The notes under the pieces were generated by a model. That model saw nothing but the letters and a program-made list of their open reading frames with translations, did no database searches and was not told where the DNA came from. Below, piece by piece: positions 25,245 through 38,214 of a stretch of DNA of 64,000 nt. Source of the stretch: Podarcis vaucheri (lineage: Eukaryota); the NCBI GenBank assembly GCA_965113315.1, contig OZ220369.1. One strand, 5' to 3'. Both the position numbers and the translations under genes were made by a program. Position 1 is the stretch's first letter; each line of letters begins with the position of its first letter.

Positions 25245-26589
25245 GAAGGAGCGTTACTGTTTTTGACCTCAGTCCCATGACAGACCATACAACAATGAAG
25301 TTGAATTACCTGTCCTCCCAGGAGACAGCACACAGCTTCTCTGCCTGAGTTACTACTCTGAGTTTGTCTCCCTCCAATCACACCCAGAACAGTGAGATTC
25401 ATGCAGAACCAGTGCAGGATGGTGGGGCTCTGCCAACTGATATGGTTTCCCACCCCCCTAACCAACTCTGGAAGAGAAACTTTGCAGATGCATGAGTGAA
25501 ACAGGCCTCAAATTTCAACTTGGGGCAGGTGACAGAGAGGACAATCCCTTCCGCTATCTGACATTTGAGAATCATCACCTTAGGACAACATACTAACCCA
25601 GGAAGGTACTATTTAAAAAAGAAATCCTTGCCAGAAAGGTGATCTTCCCACCTTCTGTTTAGCCAAAGCTAAATATAAAAATTCCCCAATTCACTGTTAC
25701 CAGGGTTTTGTTCCCATTGCCCTGTTTGCTGTTTATATAGTTGCTGATGCCATTGTTGGAATGGATCCTCACAAATCCTTTTAATCCTTGTAGATCCTTT
25801 TAAATGGTTCTGGATAGCCAAAGCAAAAATGACAGTGTCCTCATATCCATCTGCTAAAGATGAGAGGCAAGCAGCCTACAAGAATGCAATAGCTCTCTCT
25901 GCCCCTCCTCCCTACCCCACCCCTCTGTTCAGCTAATCTCTCCTGCCCCTACCATTTTCACCTCAGGCCTTCTGATTGCCATCCAAAAACTGGCAGGGTC
26001 TTGCTTTTCTAAGCAGCAATATGCAATCCAGGGAAAATGCTTTTTAGCTGCTTTTGCCCAAGAGGGATATGTGTGGGAGAACAACGGAGGACCACAGAAC
26101 AAGCATGCTAACGTTTTGGAGAGGCGTCTGCAAATGCCACCAAGATCTCCATGACTGTCTATTGCAGAAATGCTATGGCTGGATTGCCAGCAATTCTACC
26201 CTCCATCAAGAATCCCAATCTCGTTGCATTAGACAGGTGCAGGTGCCAAGAGCCAGGGAGGGTGTTTTGCTTTTAATATATCAGCACTTAATTACTTGAC
26301 TGCCAGCAGGGAGAGAAAGGAAGATGCAATGGCTTTCCCACACCTCTTCTGCCAGCCAGGTGACTGGGACCAATATTGGCCTCCCCCAAAACAAAGAAAG
26401 CTCCATGTGACAAAAATATGTGGGTTCCCTAAGTTCTTCCCTAAATGTCACAGTGTGGTGATTTTTGGGGATGGGGTGGGGAGGCGATTTCACTACACAG
26501 TATAAAGGAAGAACAACTCAACAAGGGGTGAGTGGCAACTCCGTATTTTGCAGCGGTGAAAAGGAGCCTGGCCATTTGAGAAAGAATGG

Positions 26590-26790
26590 GTAGGACAGTA
26601 GTTAAGAGGCAGAGCACATACTTTGCCTGCAGGAGCTCAAATCCTTGGCATCTCTAGCTAAACAGGGTCAGAAGGAGATGGTAAAGACCACTTGCCACCT
26701 GAGCCCATGGAAAGGGGGCTGAGAGCCAGAAGAAACAATCCTGGCCTAGAGAAACAAAGAGTTTGATGTAGCATAAGGCAGTTTTCTCTC
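26590..26790 (+). mobile_element. Degenerate tRNA/CR1-tailed SINE
   Basis: GGCAGAGCACATACTTTGCCTGCAGGAGCTCAAATCCTTGGCATCTCT ... AGCATAAGGCAGTTTTCT. Confidence 0.5.
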
Positions 26791-27349
26791 CTCTCAAAGC
26801 CATCATCCTCATTTTTAAATAATAAAAACCACTCAGTGCCGCTTGAGGGCTGCAGAAAGTACCCACTTGCCTCCCTGACAGAACCAATCAAAAATGTACT
26901 GTTCATAGATACTGGGCTAAAGAGACTTAGGGCGTGATCCAGCAGCCAGGCCCCTCTTTTTATGTTAACACTGGTGAAAATCTGCAAAATAAATGGGTCT
27001 AGTGGTGGTGATGGAGTTGAAGCAACAACTGTAACCCCAAATAATCTGACTAACACCAAAGGGAAGGGCAGTCATTTTAGCAGCCTTGTAGATTAGAACT
27101 CACAAAGCCCTCCACCGGTTTTTTCATGCTGAAAGAACGGGCTCTAAGCACATCGGGATGCATGTGGTGTGCAGTAAATCAATTTTGCTATTGTGACAAG
27201 TTGTTTTGACAAAAGCCAGGAAAAGGTTTGAAATGCAAGTGGGGTGGGGGGGGAGGAGACAATAGAAGCCAACTGGGATAAAGGGAGGGGACAAGCATGA
27301 TGGGCTGCCCCTTAAACAAGAGCAGGATAAAGACAACTAGCAAGCAGGC

Positions 27350-27590
27350 GAGGCCACATCTGCACCATACATTTAAAGCACCATAATACCACTTTAAACA
27401 GTCATGGCTTCCCCCAAAGAATTCTGGGAGCTGTAGGGTTAAAGGGTATCAAGAGTTGTTAGGAGACCCCTATTCCCCTCCCAGACCTACAATTCCCAAA
27501 GGCACTTAACAATCAAGTCCTCTTCTCAGGGAACCCTGGGAATTGTAACTCTCTGGAGGGAGCAGCAGTCTCTTAACAACTCTCAGCTTA
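27350..27590. mobile_element. Palindromic MITE fragment (related copy at ~47275-47438)
   Basis: Internal inverted arms GAGTTGTTAGGAGAC / GTCTCTTAACAACTC and CTACAATTCCCA / TGGGAATTGTAA; start CACCATACATTTAAAGCAC shared with 47281. Confidence 0.55.
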
Positions 27591-28121
27591 TGAAAGCAAG
27601 TTCCATGCTTGCACTGCACGGAAGCGTACCCATTTTGGAAATTTGGGGTACAATAAAACACAATGCTAAATTGTCCAAAGCTGCAAGTCGGCACAGCCTG
27701 ATGCTCACCACCAATCACCAACTTCCCATGTCCAGCCATGCTGCCTCTTGGCATCTGCCTCTTCACTGTCTAATACCGAAGCACTAGCTTCTCATATACA
27801 GTAACTAGGAAGCTACTTGGGACAAGTTTCCCCCCCTCCCTGTTAGTTTGTAATGTTACACTCATATAGGTGTTGTTGTATATTATGCCAAAGTTTACTT
27901 TGCATTATTTAACTACCTCTCTACCCTTCGAAAAAAGGGGGAAATCAAGGGAGCATCTTCTGCTGATGCGGTCCTAGGCCTTTTCAGCAGATGTCAATCC
28001 AACACTAATGCAGCTCATATGTATCACTTTGACCTTCCCAAAGGCATAGGCTAGAACCACAAGCCTTTCCAGGGCACGGAAATCTTTGTTTCTCTCCACA
28101 AATCAGCACCAAGCCCTAAAG

Positions 28122-28374
28122 CATGGGTAGGCAAACTAAGACCCGGGGGCCAGATCCAGCCCAATCGTCTTCTAAATCTGGCCTGCGGATGGTCCGGGAA
28201 TCAGCGTGTTTTCACATGAGTAGAATGTGTGCTTTTATTTAAAATGCATCTCTGGGTTATTTGTAGGGCATAGGAATTCGTTCATTATTATTTTTTTCCA
28301 AATATAGTCCGGCCCCCCACAAGGTCTGAGGGACAGTGAACCGGTCCCTTGCTGAAAAAGTTTGCTAACACCTG
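28122..28374 (+). mobile_element. hAT (Charlie/OC1-like) non-autonomous element
   Basis: TIR CATGGGTAGGCAAAC / GTTTGCTAACACCTG; TSD CCCTAAAG / TCCTAAAG. Confidence 0.85.
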
Positions 28375-28497
28375 TCCTAAAGCAAAGCTTTTTACCATTG
28401 CATGAGTAAGACTACCCCACTTCCACATGATAAATCAAAAGTGCCCTCACTAAAGCCTTGCTTACTTTTAGAGGTCAGCTCCTCTAACATATGAGAG

Positions 28498-28683
28498 CAG
28501 GGGTAGTCAACCTTCTTATACCTACCACCCACTAATGCATGTTTCTTGATGCTAAAATTTCCTTACCACTCGCCAGTGCTCAATAGAAGGGGGACTCAGC
28601 TTGTGCCATAGAACCCCCCACTGCCCACCTAGAATCCTGAAACACCCACTAGTGGGCAGTAGGGACTAGATTGTCAACCCCTG
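28498..28683. mobile_element. hAT-type MITE, separate family
   Basis: TIR CAGGGGTAGTCAACCT / AGATTGTCAACCCCTG; subterminal CCTACCACCCACTA / TAGTGGGCAGTAGG; degenerate 8-bp flanks (TATGAGAG / GATTAGAG). Confidence 0.7.
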
Positions 28684-30612
28684 GATTAGAGAGATAAGCA
28701 CACCTGGGGCAGGCTTTGCCCATGCTTCCCACTAGCCCATCCAAATAACTCTGGTGCTGAATCTGATGAACCAAGCATGGAAGTGACTACCAGAGCTGGG
28801 TGGACTCCTCCTCTTGAATCAGCATACAAGCCTTCCAGGAGTAGGAGGAGAAAAGGAGGGGATAGTGCAATGCACTATTAAACAGAGGCCACCTTCCATC
28901 CTGGATGGAATTACAAGTGACAGGTGTCTAATGGCCTGTGGCAACACTACACTCCCAATTACGGGGGTTTCTTTCCACCTGAGGCAGTGATCCAAGTGAC
29001 CTGAACAACGTAGTGTATTGTTAATGCTTTACAAAGAAGGAATATGGTGCCGAGGCAGTGTTTGTTTCCCGCAGACTTTTGCAAATAATGATCCTGAGCG
29101 TTTAAAGAGTGCTTCGGGGGTGTCGTGTTCACAGACACTGTAATTTGTGGTGCCCAATTCAAAGCACCATATACCTTGAAATCACCCAAAGTGGAGGGAA
29201 ATCCAAGGCAGGTTTGGTTTCTCTTGTCGAATCCCTTCCCAGCCCTACTGTTAACTGATCAGGGCTCCAGATACATTATACAGCAAGCAGGAGAGAGGGG
29301 TGGGAGACAGAGTTAAGCCTCAGCACCTCCATGAAAGCAAATCTGTACCAGAGATGGGAAGACCTTTTTTGGCAAACAAGGGTGCTAATTGTTCCTGATT
29401 TTAGAAGGCAAGCTATGCTTGCAAGCAAATAATCTCAATTTCAAGTCAGGTTCTTCAACTGCAGTAACACACACACACACACCACACCACGGCATGGTCA
29501 CCACCCACTGCTGTGAGCCTGAACAGCTGCTCTTAATGCGCTCCAAGGGCTCTTGATCCTCTGACCCCAAAAAAGTTTGGCTGCTCCAGCCCTGACCCCT
29601 GCCTCACACAAACAAATGACCGAATGGCTCTCAGCAATGGCTTGGGAGTGTAAAATAGTGGAGACAAATTAACTGTAGGGAATGTATGGCACTGCAGATG
29701 TTGCCAGGACTCTAACTCCCATCAGCCCCAGCCAACATGGTCTATGGTCAGGGATGGTGAGAGTTGCACTCCAACAACTTCTGGAGGTACACAGGCTCCT
29801 CGATCCCTGGCTTATTGGAAAAGCCAAGTTCTATCCACCCAAACACCTAAAAGAATATGCTGTTGAGGGTCTGACAAACCTCTCTGGGAAGGGAGCCCCA
29901 CAAAGCTGGTGCCATTACTGAGAAGGCCCTGTTTCTAAGGGATGCATGCTGAGCCATCAATGCACCACAAAGAACTAATTAGGGGGGAGGAAAAGCTGTA
30001 TGTCAGAAAGGAACCAATATACATTTCACAAGTTAATATCTGCACTGTAGAGTTAACTGTAGCTGGCAGAAGAATTTGCCCCGGTAGGGGAGCAGTCTTC
30101 CTGACCCCATTACATCTACCCTGGCCCCAAGGCTATCAAGCTTTACCCCTATCAACCCCACAGGACTAGGGCAATGCTGTTTCCAGGTAGAATTCAGTAT
30201 GCACAACTTAAAAGCTACAAGATTTGCCTGTGACTCCACACAAGCCCAGAGCGTTAAGCATTCTATCAACACAACACATTAGAAAAAATGTTTCTGGTGA
30301 TTTATTTCCATCGGTGTTTTCCCCCTCTTCTTTTGAAAAGCACATCAGTCTTTCCTTCCCACAGCGCTCTTCCAGCATGACAATGATTTTTTTTTTTTTA
30401 CAGCAGAGCAGATGACAAATATAGTAGCGCTTGTAAGCTTGCTCTTTTGATAAGAGAATCAGGAATAAATACACACATCCTGGTGGAAACAAGAGCACTG
30501 CAAGTAGTCATGGAACTGGAGCATCCGCTACCCGGAGGAGCGGTGAATGCCCGCCTTAAAGGCAGCAGGTTTGGGGCAATATTAAAAAGACAGATAAATG
30601 GTCAGCTTAATG

Positions 30613-30652
30613 GTTTGTTTGTTTGTTTGTTTGTTTGTTTGTTTGTTTGTTT
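30613..30652 (+). repeat. (GTTT)n microsatellite
   Basis: Read directly from sequence. Confidence 0.95.
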
Positions 30653-30897
30653 GTAACATGCCCTTACCTTTAATTCTACAAAAATGCAATCATTTTGTTT
30701 GCATAAAAATATATATATAAATAAATTATTGGGTGTTTGTGAAACTTGGACATGTTTCTTCTCGCCTGCAAAACCCTTCATAGACTTCCTCCCCCTCCCC
30801 TGCATCTCTCTGTCCTTATAGCCCAGCACACCTGCAACCTTCACTCATCCAACTCCATCACCCTTAGACATCTGAAGGTCTCCTGCTCTGTGTAACA

Positions 30898-31034
30898 CAG
30901 GCATAGGTAAACTCGGCCCTCCATATGTTTTGGGACTACACCTCCCATGAGCCCTAGCTAATAGGACCTGTGGGTCAGGGATGATGGGAACTGTAGTCCC
31001 AAAACATCTGGAGGGCAGAGTTTGCCTATGTCTG
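30898..31034. mobile_element. hAT MITE (quasi-palindromic), young copy
   Basis: TIR CAGGCATAGGTAAACTC / GAGTTTGCCTATGTCTG; perfect 8-bp TSD GTGTAACA. Confidence 0.92.
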
Positions 31035-31513
31035 GTGTAACAGCTCCACTCTCCCTCTCATACTGGCCTTTATGGCTGGAACAATCTCCAGAATGTCCCC
31101 ATGGGATCACCTTTCTTGCTTACTTCAAATCTCTCCTCAAAAAACCTTTTAGTGAAGCCTCTGCCATAGCCCTCAGTCCCAATACCCTACTGTAAGCAAG
31201 CCAATGCTCATTTAATTTGAATCATTGCATATTATTTCCTGGTTTACCCCTCCTCTGTTCACTTTGCATTTATTTTTAAATAGCAAGTCACTTGAGATAG
31301 AGATCAGTTGTCTCATTCTTCCGTAAAGCACCACATGTGTACAAGGTGCTCCATAAACAACAACAAAAGCCAGTTCCCGGTGCAACAGAGCATGCACTGG
31401 TCAAAATTATGCATTCAGCTATGGCAGCAGTTTACATCCCTCCCTCCCTCCCTCCCCTGTGAACTTCAGCCAAGAAAACTAGGCTGGACAACACAAACAC
31501 ACCATGTGGTTCA

Positions 31514-32013
<500 letters not shown>

Positions 32014-32305
32014 CTTGGAAAAGGAGGGGGGAAAGAAAATGTTAGCCATGGGAACTCTTCAACAACTATCTCAACTTCTTTCTAGGGAAAGATTAGACAT
32101 TTAGGGGAAGGAAATATCAATGTTAAAGTTGTTTCACAGCAGGACATTCAAACAACGGCCCCTATCATGCTCTAATGCCGTGCTTTCATCTCTACACACA
32201 AAGCATGGCTCCTCTCAGACTTCCCAGCGCTCTCACACACTTATTTATGTACAGCCAGTTCCATCAAACATGACTAGAGTGTCCCAGAACATTCATGGCA
32301 ACATT

Positions 32306-32763
32306 GGCAGATGAAGATGATAGACTTTTTGGAGCTGGCTGACCTGACTAGAAGAATCCACGAACAGAAAGAGGAGGAGTACCAAGAAGAATGGAAGAAA
32401 TTGAAGGATTATTTAGTTAAATATTGTAAGATAATATAAATAGTACTATTTGCGAGTACCAAATTGGCTTAGGAGTTAAATGTTTTAAATTGCATAACAC
32501 TATGGATAGAAGTGAATATGATAAGAAAGAAAGATGTTAATTGATTAAGTTAATTTTATTGAAATTAGTATTGGAAAACTGCTACAATCAGTCATATGGA
32601 AACTCAGCTAAAGGGATCTGAGGAAGTCATTTAACAATGGTAACAAAAGTGGGATTATAATAGGATAAATGTTGTATTTTTTGTTTTTTATATTGTAATG
32701 TTTTTTCTTTTTGTTGTTTATGTTTGTTATAAACTTGAAAATCAATAAAAAAAATCGGAAAAA
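32306..32763 (+). mobile_element. L1-clade LINE 3' end (ORF2 C-terminus, 3' UTR, A-rich tail)
   Basis: Perfect 20-bp TSD AGAACATTCATGGCAACATT (32286-32305 / 32764-32783). Open frame WQMKMIDFLELADLTRRIHEQKEEEYQEEWKKLKDYLVKYCKII*, then AATAAA and an A-rich end. Confidence 0.8.
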
Positions 32764-33009
32764 AGAACATTCATGGCAACATTATGCCAATGAAAGAGCA
32801 GAGCTACACAGATAGCAGCGTGTTTGATTGTTGTGGCGGAAGCTGCTACTGAGAGCTATGGGACAAGCAAACGTGATGTAGAATGTGTTGTCTTGTCCCC
32901 ACAGCTCCCAATCTCCCGCAATCATGAGGTCCTTCACCCACACACATCCAGACTGTCGTGACAACAGTTCCTTCACAAATATAAAAATGTCATTTTGAGA
33001 AAGAAGGAT

Positions 33010-33490
33010 TTGTTTATTTATTGCACTTCTTAATTCCCCCACAAAGAAAGTGACTCAAGGCAAGTTATAAAATAGTATAAAAAGTAAACCCTGTATAAAT
33101 CCAAAACAAAAACCTGAAAACACATCCAGACGTATGCAAAAGGTAAGCCGAACACATCCCACCCACTGGAAATATCTGATGTGCTCCAAATTTAGGGTTG
33201 AAAGCTTGGGTAAGAAACAACACTTGTACCTGGCACCTAAAAATAGTGATGGTGCCAGATGTGCCTCCCTGGGTATAGCATTCCGCAAGTGGAGAAGCCA
33301 CCAATGAAAAGCTCGTTCTCATGCCACCACCTTCTGCACCTCCCTTAGAGGAAACACATGGAGGAGGGCTTCAGATGACAAACACAGGGTCCTGGCTGAT
33401 GTATTTAGGAAGCGGTGGCCCTTGAACTACTGGGGTTCAGAGCCACATAAGGCTTTTTAGGTGAAAATCAGCACTCTGAATTGAGCACCA
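33010..33490 (-). mobile_element. Old L2 3' fragment
   Basis: Minus-strand L2 motifs (TAAGGCTTTTTAGGTGAAAATCAGCACTCTGAATTGAGC is the reverse of the AQFxVL..FxxKAL region) and a (TTTA)-type tail. Confidence 0.65.
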
Positions 33491-34513
33491 TATATTAATG
33501 TACTCTGAGATTCGAGTGTGGTGGGTCACTGGACCAAACAGGCATTGCACTGCACCCTAATGACAAAATTTACTTTAAAGAGAAAAAAAGAGGGGTACAT
33601 AATTAACAGAGAAAATATTATGAGCTCAGGTGGAGCAAATTGCAGAATACAAATTGACACAGCCATGGAAACTACAGACAACAATGATATCTAGGCTCAC
33701 ACCTCTCCAATAAGCCACACTTTTCTTTCCTGCACACAAGACTGCCATCGTCTATGAATGATAGCTGAGTGAAGAGGAAGAAGACTTCGCAACTCAGCCT
33801 TCCCAGAGAGAAAAACAGCCTCTGTTCATAACCTGCTACATAAAATTGCCCGTCTTCAAGTCAAGGGAAGGGCTGTAATAAGGGAGCACTGCCACATATT
33901 GTTAAAGCCTCTTGTTCTCACGGTTTGAAGCTAAGCCTTTTACCTGACGACTGCTTCCCTGTCAATCTCCGGGCCGCCAATCTGGACTGACAGGTTGTGT
34001 ATGACACGGGGGGGGGGGCTTTTCTGAGTAACAGCCAGCAGAAAAGCTGAAGCTGGGCTAAAACTGCCAGCAGCTGCTGCCCTAGAAAGCCTTATGACTG
34101 AACAGAATTTTGCACCAGTTAAGGAATCCATCAGCACACTTCTTGAGCGAAGGCTGGAGAGTTACAGTCTCTTAACGTTATGTGCCAGTGCACATAGTAA
34201 AGATACACTGGCTTTTAAAATGAGAGTCTTCACAGACAATGGCTTTTCCAGCAGCCATCTAGCCCTAATAAACTACTACCACTCCTGCTTAATGATTCTG
34301 TGAGTGGCGTGCTAGATTCTGGCAGAAGACAGCATTTTACAAAATGGAGCTTATGTGGTGGCTAAGGGACTATGTCCCCGACACCCCTTTCAAATATCCC
34401 CTCCCTCACAAGCTAGGTGGTCAGATGGCTCTCCCAGGATCTACAACAGGAGGGTGCTCATATTAGCCTGCTGTACTGAGCACTGCAAGCACCCTGAATG
34501 CTCTAAAGCAATA

Positions 34514-34755
34514 CAGTGGTACCTCGGGTTAAGTACTTAATTCGTTCCAGATGTCCGTTCTTAACCTGAAACCGTTCTTAACCTGAAGCACCACTTTAGC
34601 TAATGGGGCCTCCTGCTGCTGCTGCGCCGCCGGAACACAATTTCTGTTCTCATCCTGAAGCAAAGTTCTTAACCTGAGGTACTATTTCTGGGTTAGCAGA
34701 GTCTGTAACCTGAAGCGTATGTAACCTGAAGCGTATGTAACCTGAGGTACCACTG
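34514..34755 (+). mobile_element. Tc1/mariner-Tigger-type MITE family B
   Basis: TA TSD; TIR CAGTGGTACCTCGGGTTA / TAACCTGAGGTACCACTG; repeated TAACCTGAAG. Confidence 0.92.
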
Positions 34756-36012
34756 TATATAAATGCAAAGTGTCCGTATTCCTGCCCAGCCCTTGAACTT
34801 GAAATCTCCTCAGCGGAGGGAGGGAGGACTGGACCCTTCAGCAGATACCTAAACCTCAGAAATTCTGAAGAACTGATGGGTCCAAACAGCCTCGCACTAG
34901 GACTGAAGGTGACTATACCAGCTGCTTGGGTTTTTGGCTGGCACTCAGACTTCCTACTCCCCATCTCCTCCAGAGCCACAGGACCCAATAAGATGGTGAG
35001 TTAAGCAGAAGCTTCAGGGCCACCAAAGTGCCCAGCTAGCTGCACACAGGGTGGAAAGGGAAGTGAAAGGAAGCACACAGCCCAGATCAGGATCGGGTTG
35101 AAAACCAGGAAGGGATAGAGCCTCAATTTCCTCTACAAGTTCCTGGTCTGAGCTACTTCACTGCTGAAGCAAAACCCCAAACTCCAGCTTTCCTGAATTG
35201 GAGGAAATAGGCAGCTTCATAGGCCATTTTTTTTAAAAAAAATATTGCCCAGCATTGTGTACTCCGACTGGCAGCAGAGTATCAGAGACAGGGGGGCAGG
35301 CTTTTCCCTTCACCTGATCCTATTAATGAGAAGATTGAATGTGGGACGTTCTGTATACAAAACATGCTCCAGTGCTGAGCTATGGTCCTTGCCCTAAAAT
35401 TAAAGCAAGATTTCAATCTTCATGGTTCTCAATACAGAGCAGATTTACAGCTGAAGCTGCCTTTGACCATCAGTCCAGCAAGCTTCAACCTATGCCAAAT
35501 GGCAGCAGCTCTCTCTCCAAGATGTCAGATGAGTCTTTCCCAGGCCTAAATGGAGACTGAAGCTGGGAAGCTTCTGCATGCAAAGTTTGAGCTCTGTTGC
35601 TGAGCGATGAGCCTCCCTCTAAGTGTGTGTGCAGCTATACAGTCACGTGAGAAAAGGCTAGTGGGAACTGGCATGTTCACTCCTGGGGAGCCGGCGGCAA
35701 TTGATGTCTGCTGGAGGAAAAAGGAAGAGCAGCTGACATCACAGAAATAGTTGCCTGCTTCCCTCATGTACCATCCATGTAGCAGACGTAGTTATGTAAT
35801 CAACATACAGGACTGTGGGGGTTGTTGTGAAAAGCCTCGTGCATACCGCCACCCCCAGGTCCTTTGAGAAAAGGGCCATGTACAAAAAAAATAAGAGAAG
35901 AAAGTTGGGTGTGTGTCAAAAAGCACCAATAGCAAGTGAGCTTGTGTGGAGAAGGGAGTGGAAAGAAGATAAATTGGGGGGCAGGGAGGCAGCAAGTCTT
36001 GTTCCTGAAATA

Positions 36013-36231
36013 CAGTGGTACCTCGGGTTAAGTACTGTAATTCTTTCTGAAGGTCCGTTCTTAACCTGAAACTGTTCTTAACCTGAAGCACCACTTTAGC
36101 TAATGGGGCCTCCCGCTGCTGCCGCAGCACGATTTCTGTTCTCATCCTGAAGCAAAGTTCTTAACCTGAGGTACTATTTCTGGGTTAGCGGAGTCTGTAA
36201 CCTGAAGTGTATGTAACCTGAGGTACCACTG
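36013..36231 (+). mobile_element. MITE family B copy
   Basis: Near-identical to 34514-34755; right TA not retained. Confidence 0.9.
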
Positions 36232-36669
36232 GCAGTAGCTTCGTATTTTTCCAGCCAAAAGTTTACGTCCCACACCAGGAACAGGTGACAGCCAGATTAG
36301 GTGAAGTGTCCCATGACCTCCTGCCATTAGTGCAATGATTTTACCCCTGAACAATGAAACTCCCCTCACATCTCCTCCCCAATTCTTCTCCAGAAGTGGG
36401 GGGGGGGATGCAGAACAGATTTAGAGGGTGTAAGGGGGAGGAAAGTTCCATTGTGTAAGGGAAAGTTCCACGGAAGGAAAGGCTTAGTGCTGCTTTGGGT
36501 ATAAGCCTAGAGTTCTGACCCAGAATTTAACCCACGTTTTACAGCCTGCCAGCTCAGAGGTGCCAGGGTTGTGCACAGATGTGCAAAACCACAACGTTTT
36601 ACCACTGTGAAGCTTTGGAAAGCTTTGCCCATTTTATAAATTCTCTCCACTATAGCCCCCCACTGTCTA

Positions 36670-36922
36670 CAGTGGTGTCTCGCAAGACGAAAATAATTCG
36701 TTCCGCGAGTTTTTTCGTCTTGCGATGTTTTTCGTCTTGCGAAGCACGGTCCGTCGCAACTGCGCCTCTTCAAGCGGCTTTAAGAAAAAAGCACAAGATG
36801 TTTTCGTCTTGCGAAGCAAGCCCATAGGGAAATTCGTCTAGCGAAGCAACGCAAAACCGAAAAACCCTTTCGTCTAGCGAGTTTTTCGTCTTGCGAGGCA
36901 TTCGTCTTGCTGGGCACCACTG
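36670..36922 (+). mobile_element. MITE family A copy
   Basis: TA TSD; TIR CAGTGGTGTCTCGCAAGACGAA / TTCGTCTTGCTGGGCACCACTG. Confidence 0.9.
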
Positions 36923-37110
36923 TATTACCATGTGCTGACTAAGCACAGCTTATCAGATGAGATTGGCTACGTCCATGGGCCACCGTAAGATTTCCCACCT
37001 TGGAGAATATTTCTTATCATGTTTGTACACTTTCCATAAAACTATATCCACATCTAATGCTTAAATGCTTGAACCTTTTAAAAAAATGCAGAATTTTTCA
37101 AAAGGCTAGG

Positions 37111-37170
37111 TCATAGAATTGTACGGTTGTCAGGGAGCCAAGGGTCATCTAGTCTAACCCCCTGCAATGA
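37111..37170 (-). mobile_element. CR1 3' terminus
   Basis: Reverse complement of the CR1 tail seen at 52686-52760. Confidence 0.65.
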
Positions 37171-38078
37171 TAAAGTTTGTTTAGAATGCTTACACGCCTA
37201 TAAAGAAATGAAGGAAGGAATGTTCCAGCTCTGTGCACCTGAAATCTTTCCTCTTAGACCCTAACATTTTAAAAGAGAGAAAGACAGCAATCAATTCTTA
37301 CGTCTCCCCAGTGATGTCTTCTCCAGACCATGACAACATCCAAAGAGACAAACTGACTTTGCTGTTGTAACTTGAGGGTTGAGGCTTCAGTTTCTCTTTT
37401 TTCCTGAATGAGGGAAACATTCCAGGAAGACAGAGGTTCTCAGCTCTTTTCCCGCTCCTCAAGCAGCTGCAATCATTTCCTTTGACAATTTACAAGGGGG
37501 ACTCTCATGCATATAGCAATAAAGATATTATGTGATCAAGAAAACCTTTGGTACCAATCACATTTGGAACCAAATTTCAGGGACATAGTGATGAAAAATT
37601 TGTACACACATTACTTATCTACCAGCTGCGGCTTAGTGACTGCCTAGTTTGCATAATTTACCAGAGTGATGTACCAATATATTCAAATGTCGATGTAACA
37701 CTTCAATTCACACAGCATTTTTCAGGGTGGCTCTCCATACTTAACTTGCGCCTGTACTGGTTGAGAGGCTGGAGACCATCGCAAGAACGCTCTCTAGGCA
37801 TTAAGGCTCTCGTTCAAATAACCTCTCAAGATTGATTAAACCCATCTGTCCATGGTTATTCTTATCCACAAGCTCAAATTCCCAAGGGCAAGTATAGGCA
37901 AAAAAAGAAGCAGTGAAGATTTGGATGCAAATATTTTGCTTTCAACTTATGCACATTCTCATTCTGCTACATTTTTACGGGTGTGGTGTGAGTAAAACAT
38001 CACTGTTTCCCCAGCACTTTACCACAGACCCTAGATTGGTTGTGCCTGTACACTGAGCACAAAGTCAGACAGCTAGAT

Positions 38079-38214
38079 CAGGCACAGACAACCTTGGGCC
38101 CTCCAGATTTTTTGGCCTACAACTCCCATGATCCCTAGCTAACAGGACCAGTGGTCAGGGATTATGGGAATTGTAGTCCAAAACATCTGGAGGTCCGAAG
38201 ATTGCCTATGCCTG
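38079..38214. mobile_element. hAT MITE (same family as 30898)
   Basis: Perfect 8-bp TSD AGCTAGAT; CAGGCA..TGCCTG ends. Confidence 0.92.

Noticed and set aside
34514-36922. Regularly repeated motifs (TAACCTGAAG, TCGTCTTGCGA) resembling CRISPR-like direct repeats
   Set aside because: They are subterminal repeats inside TA-flanked MITEs with TIRs; spacing is irregular, there are no cas genes, and the context is a vertebrate intron.
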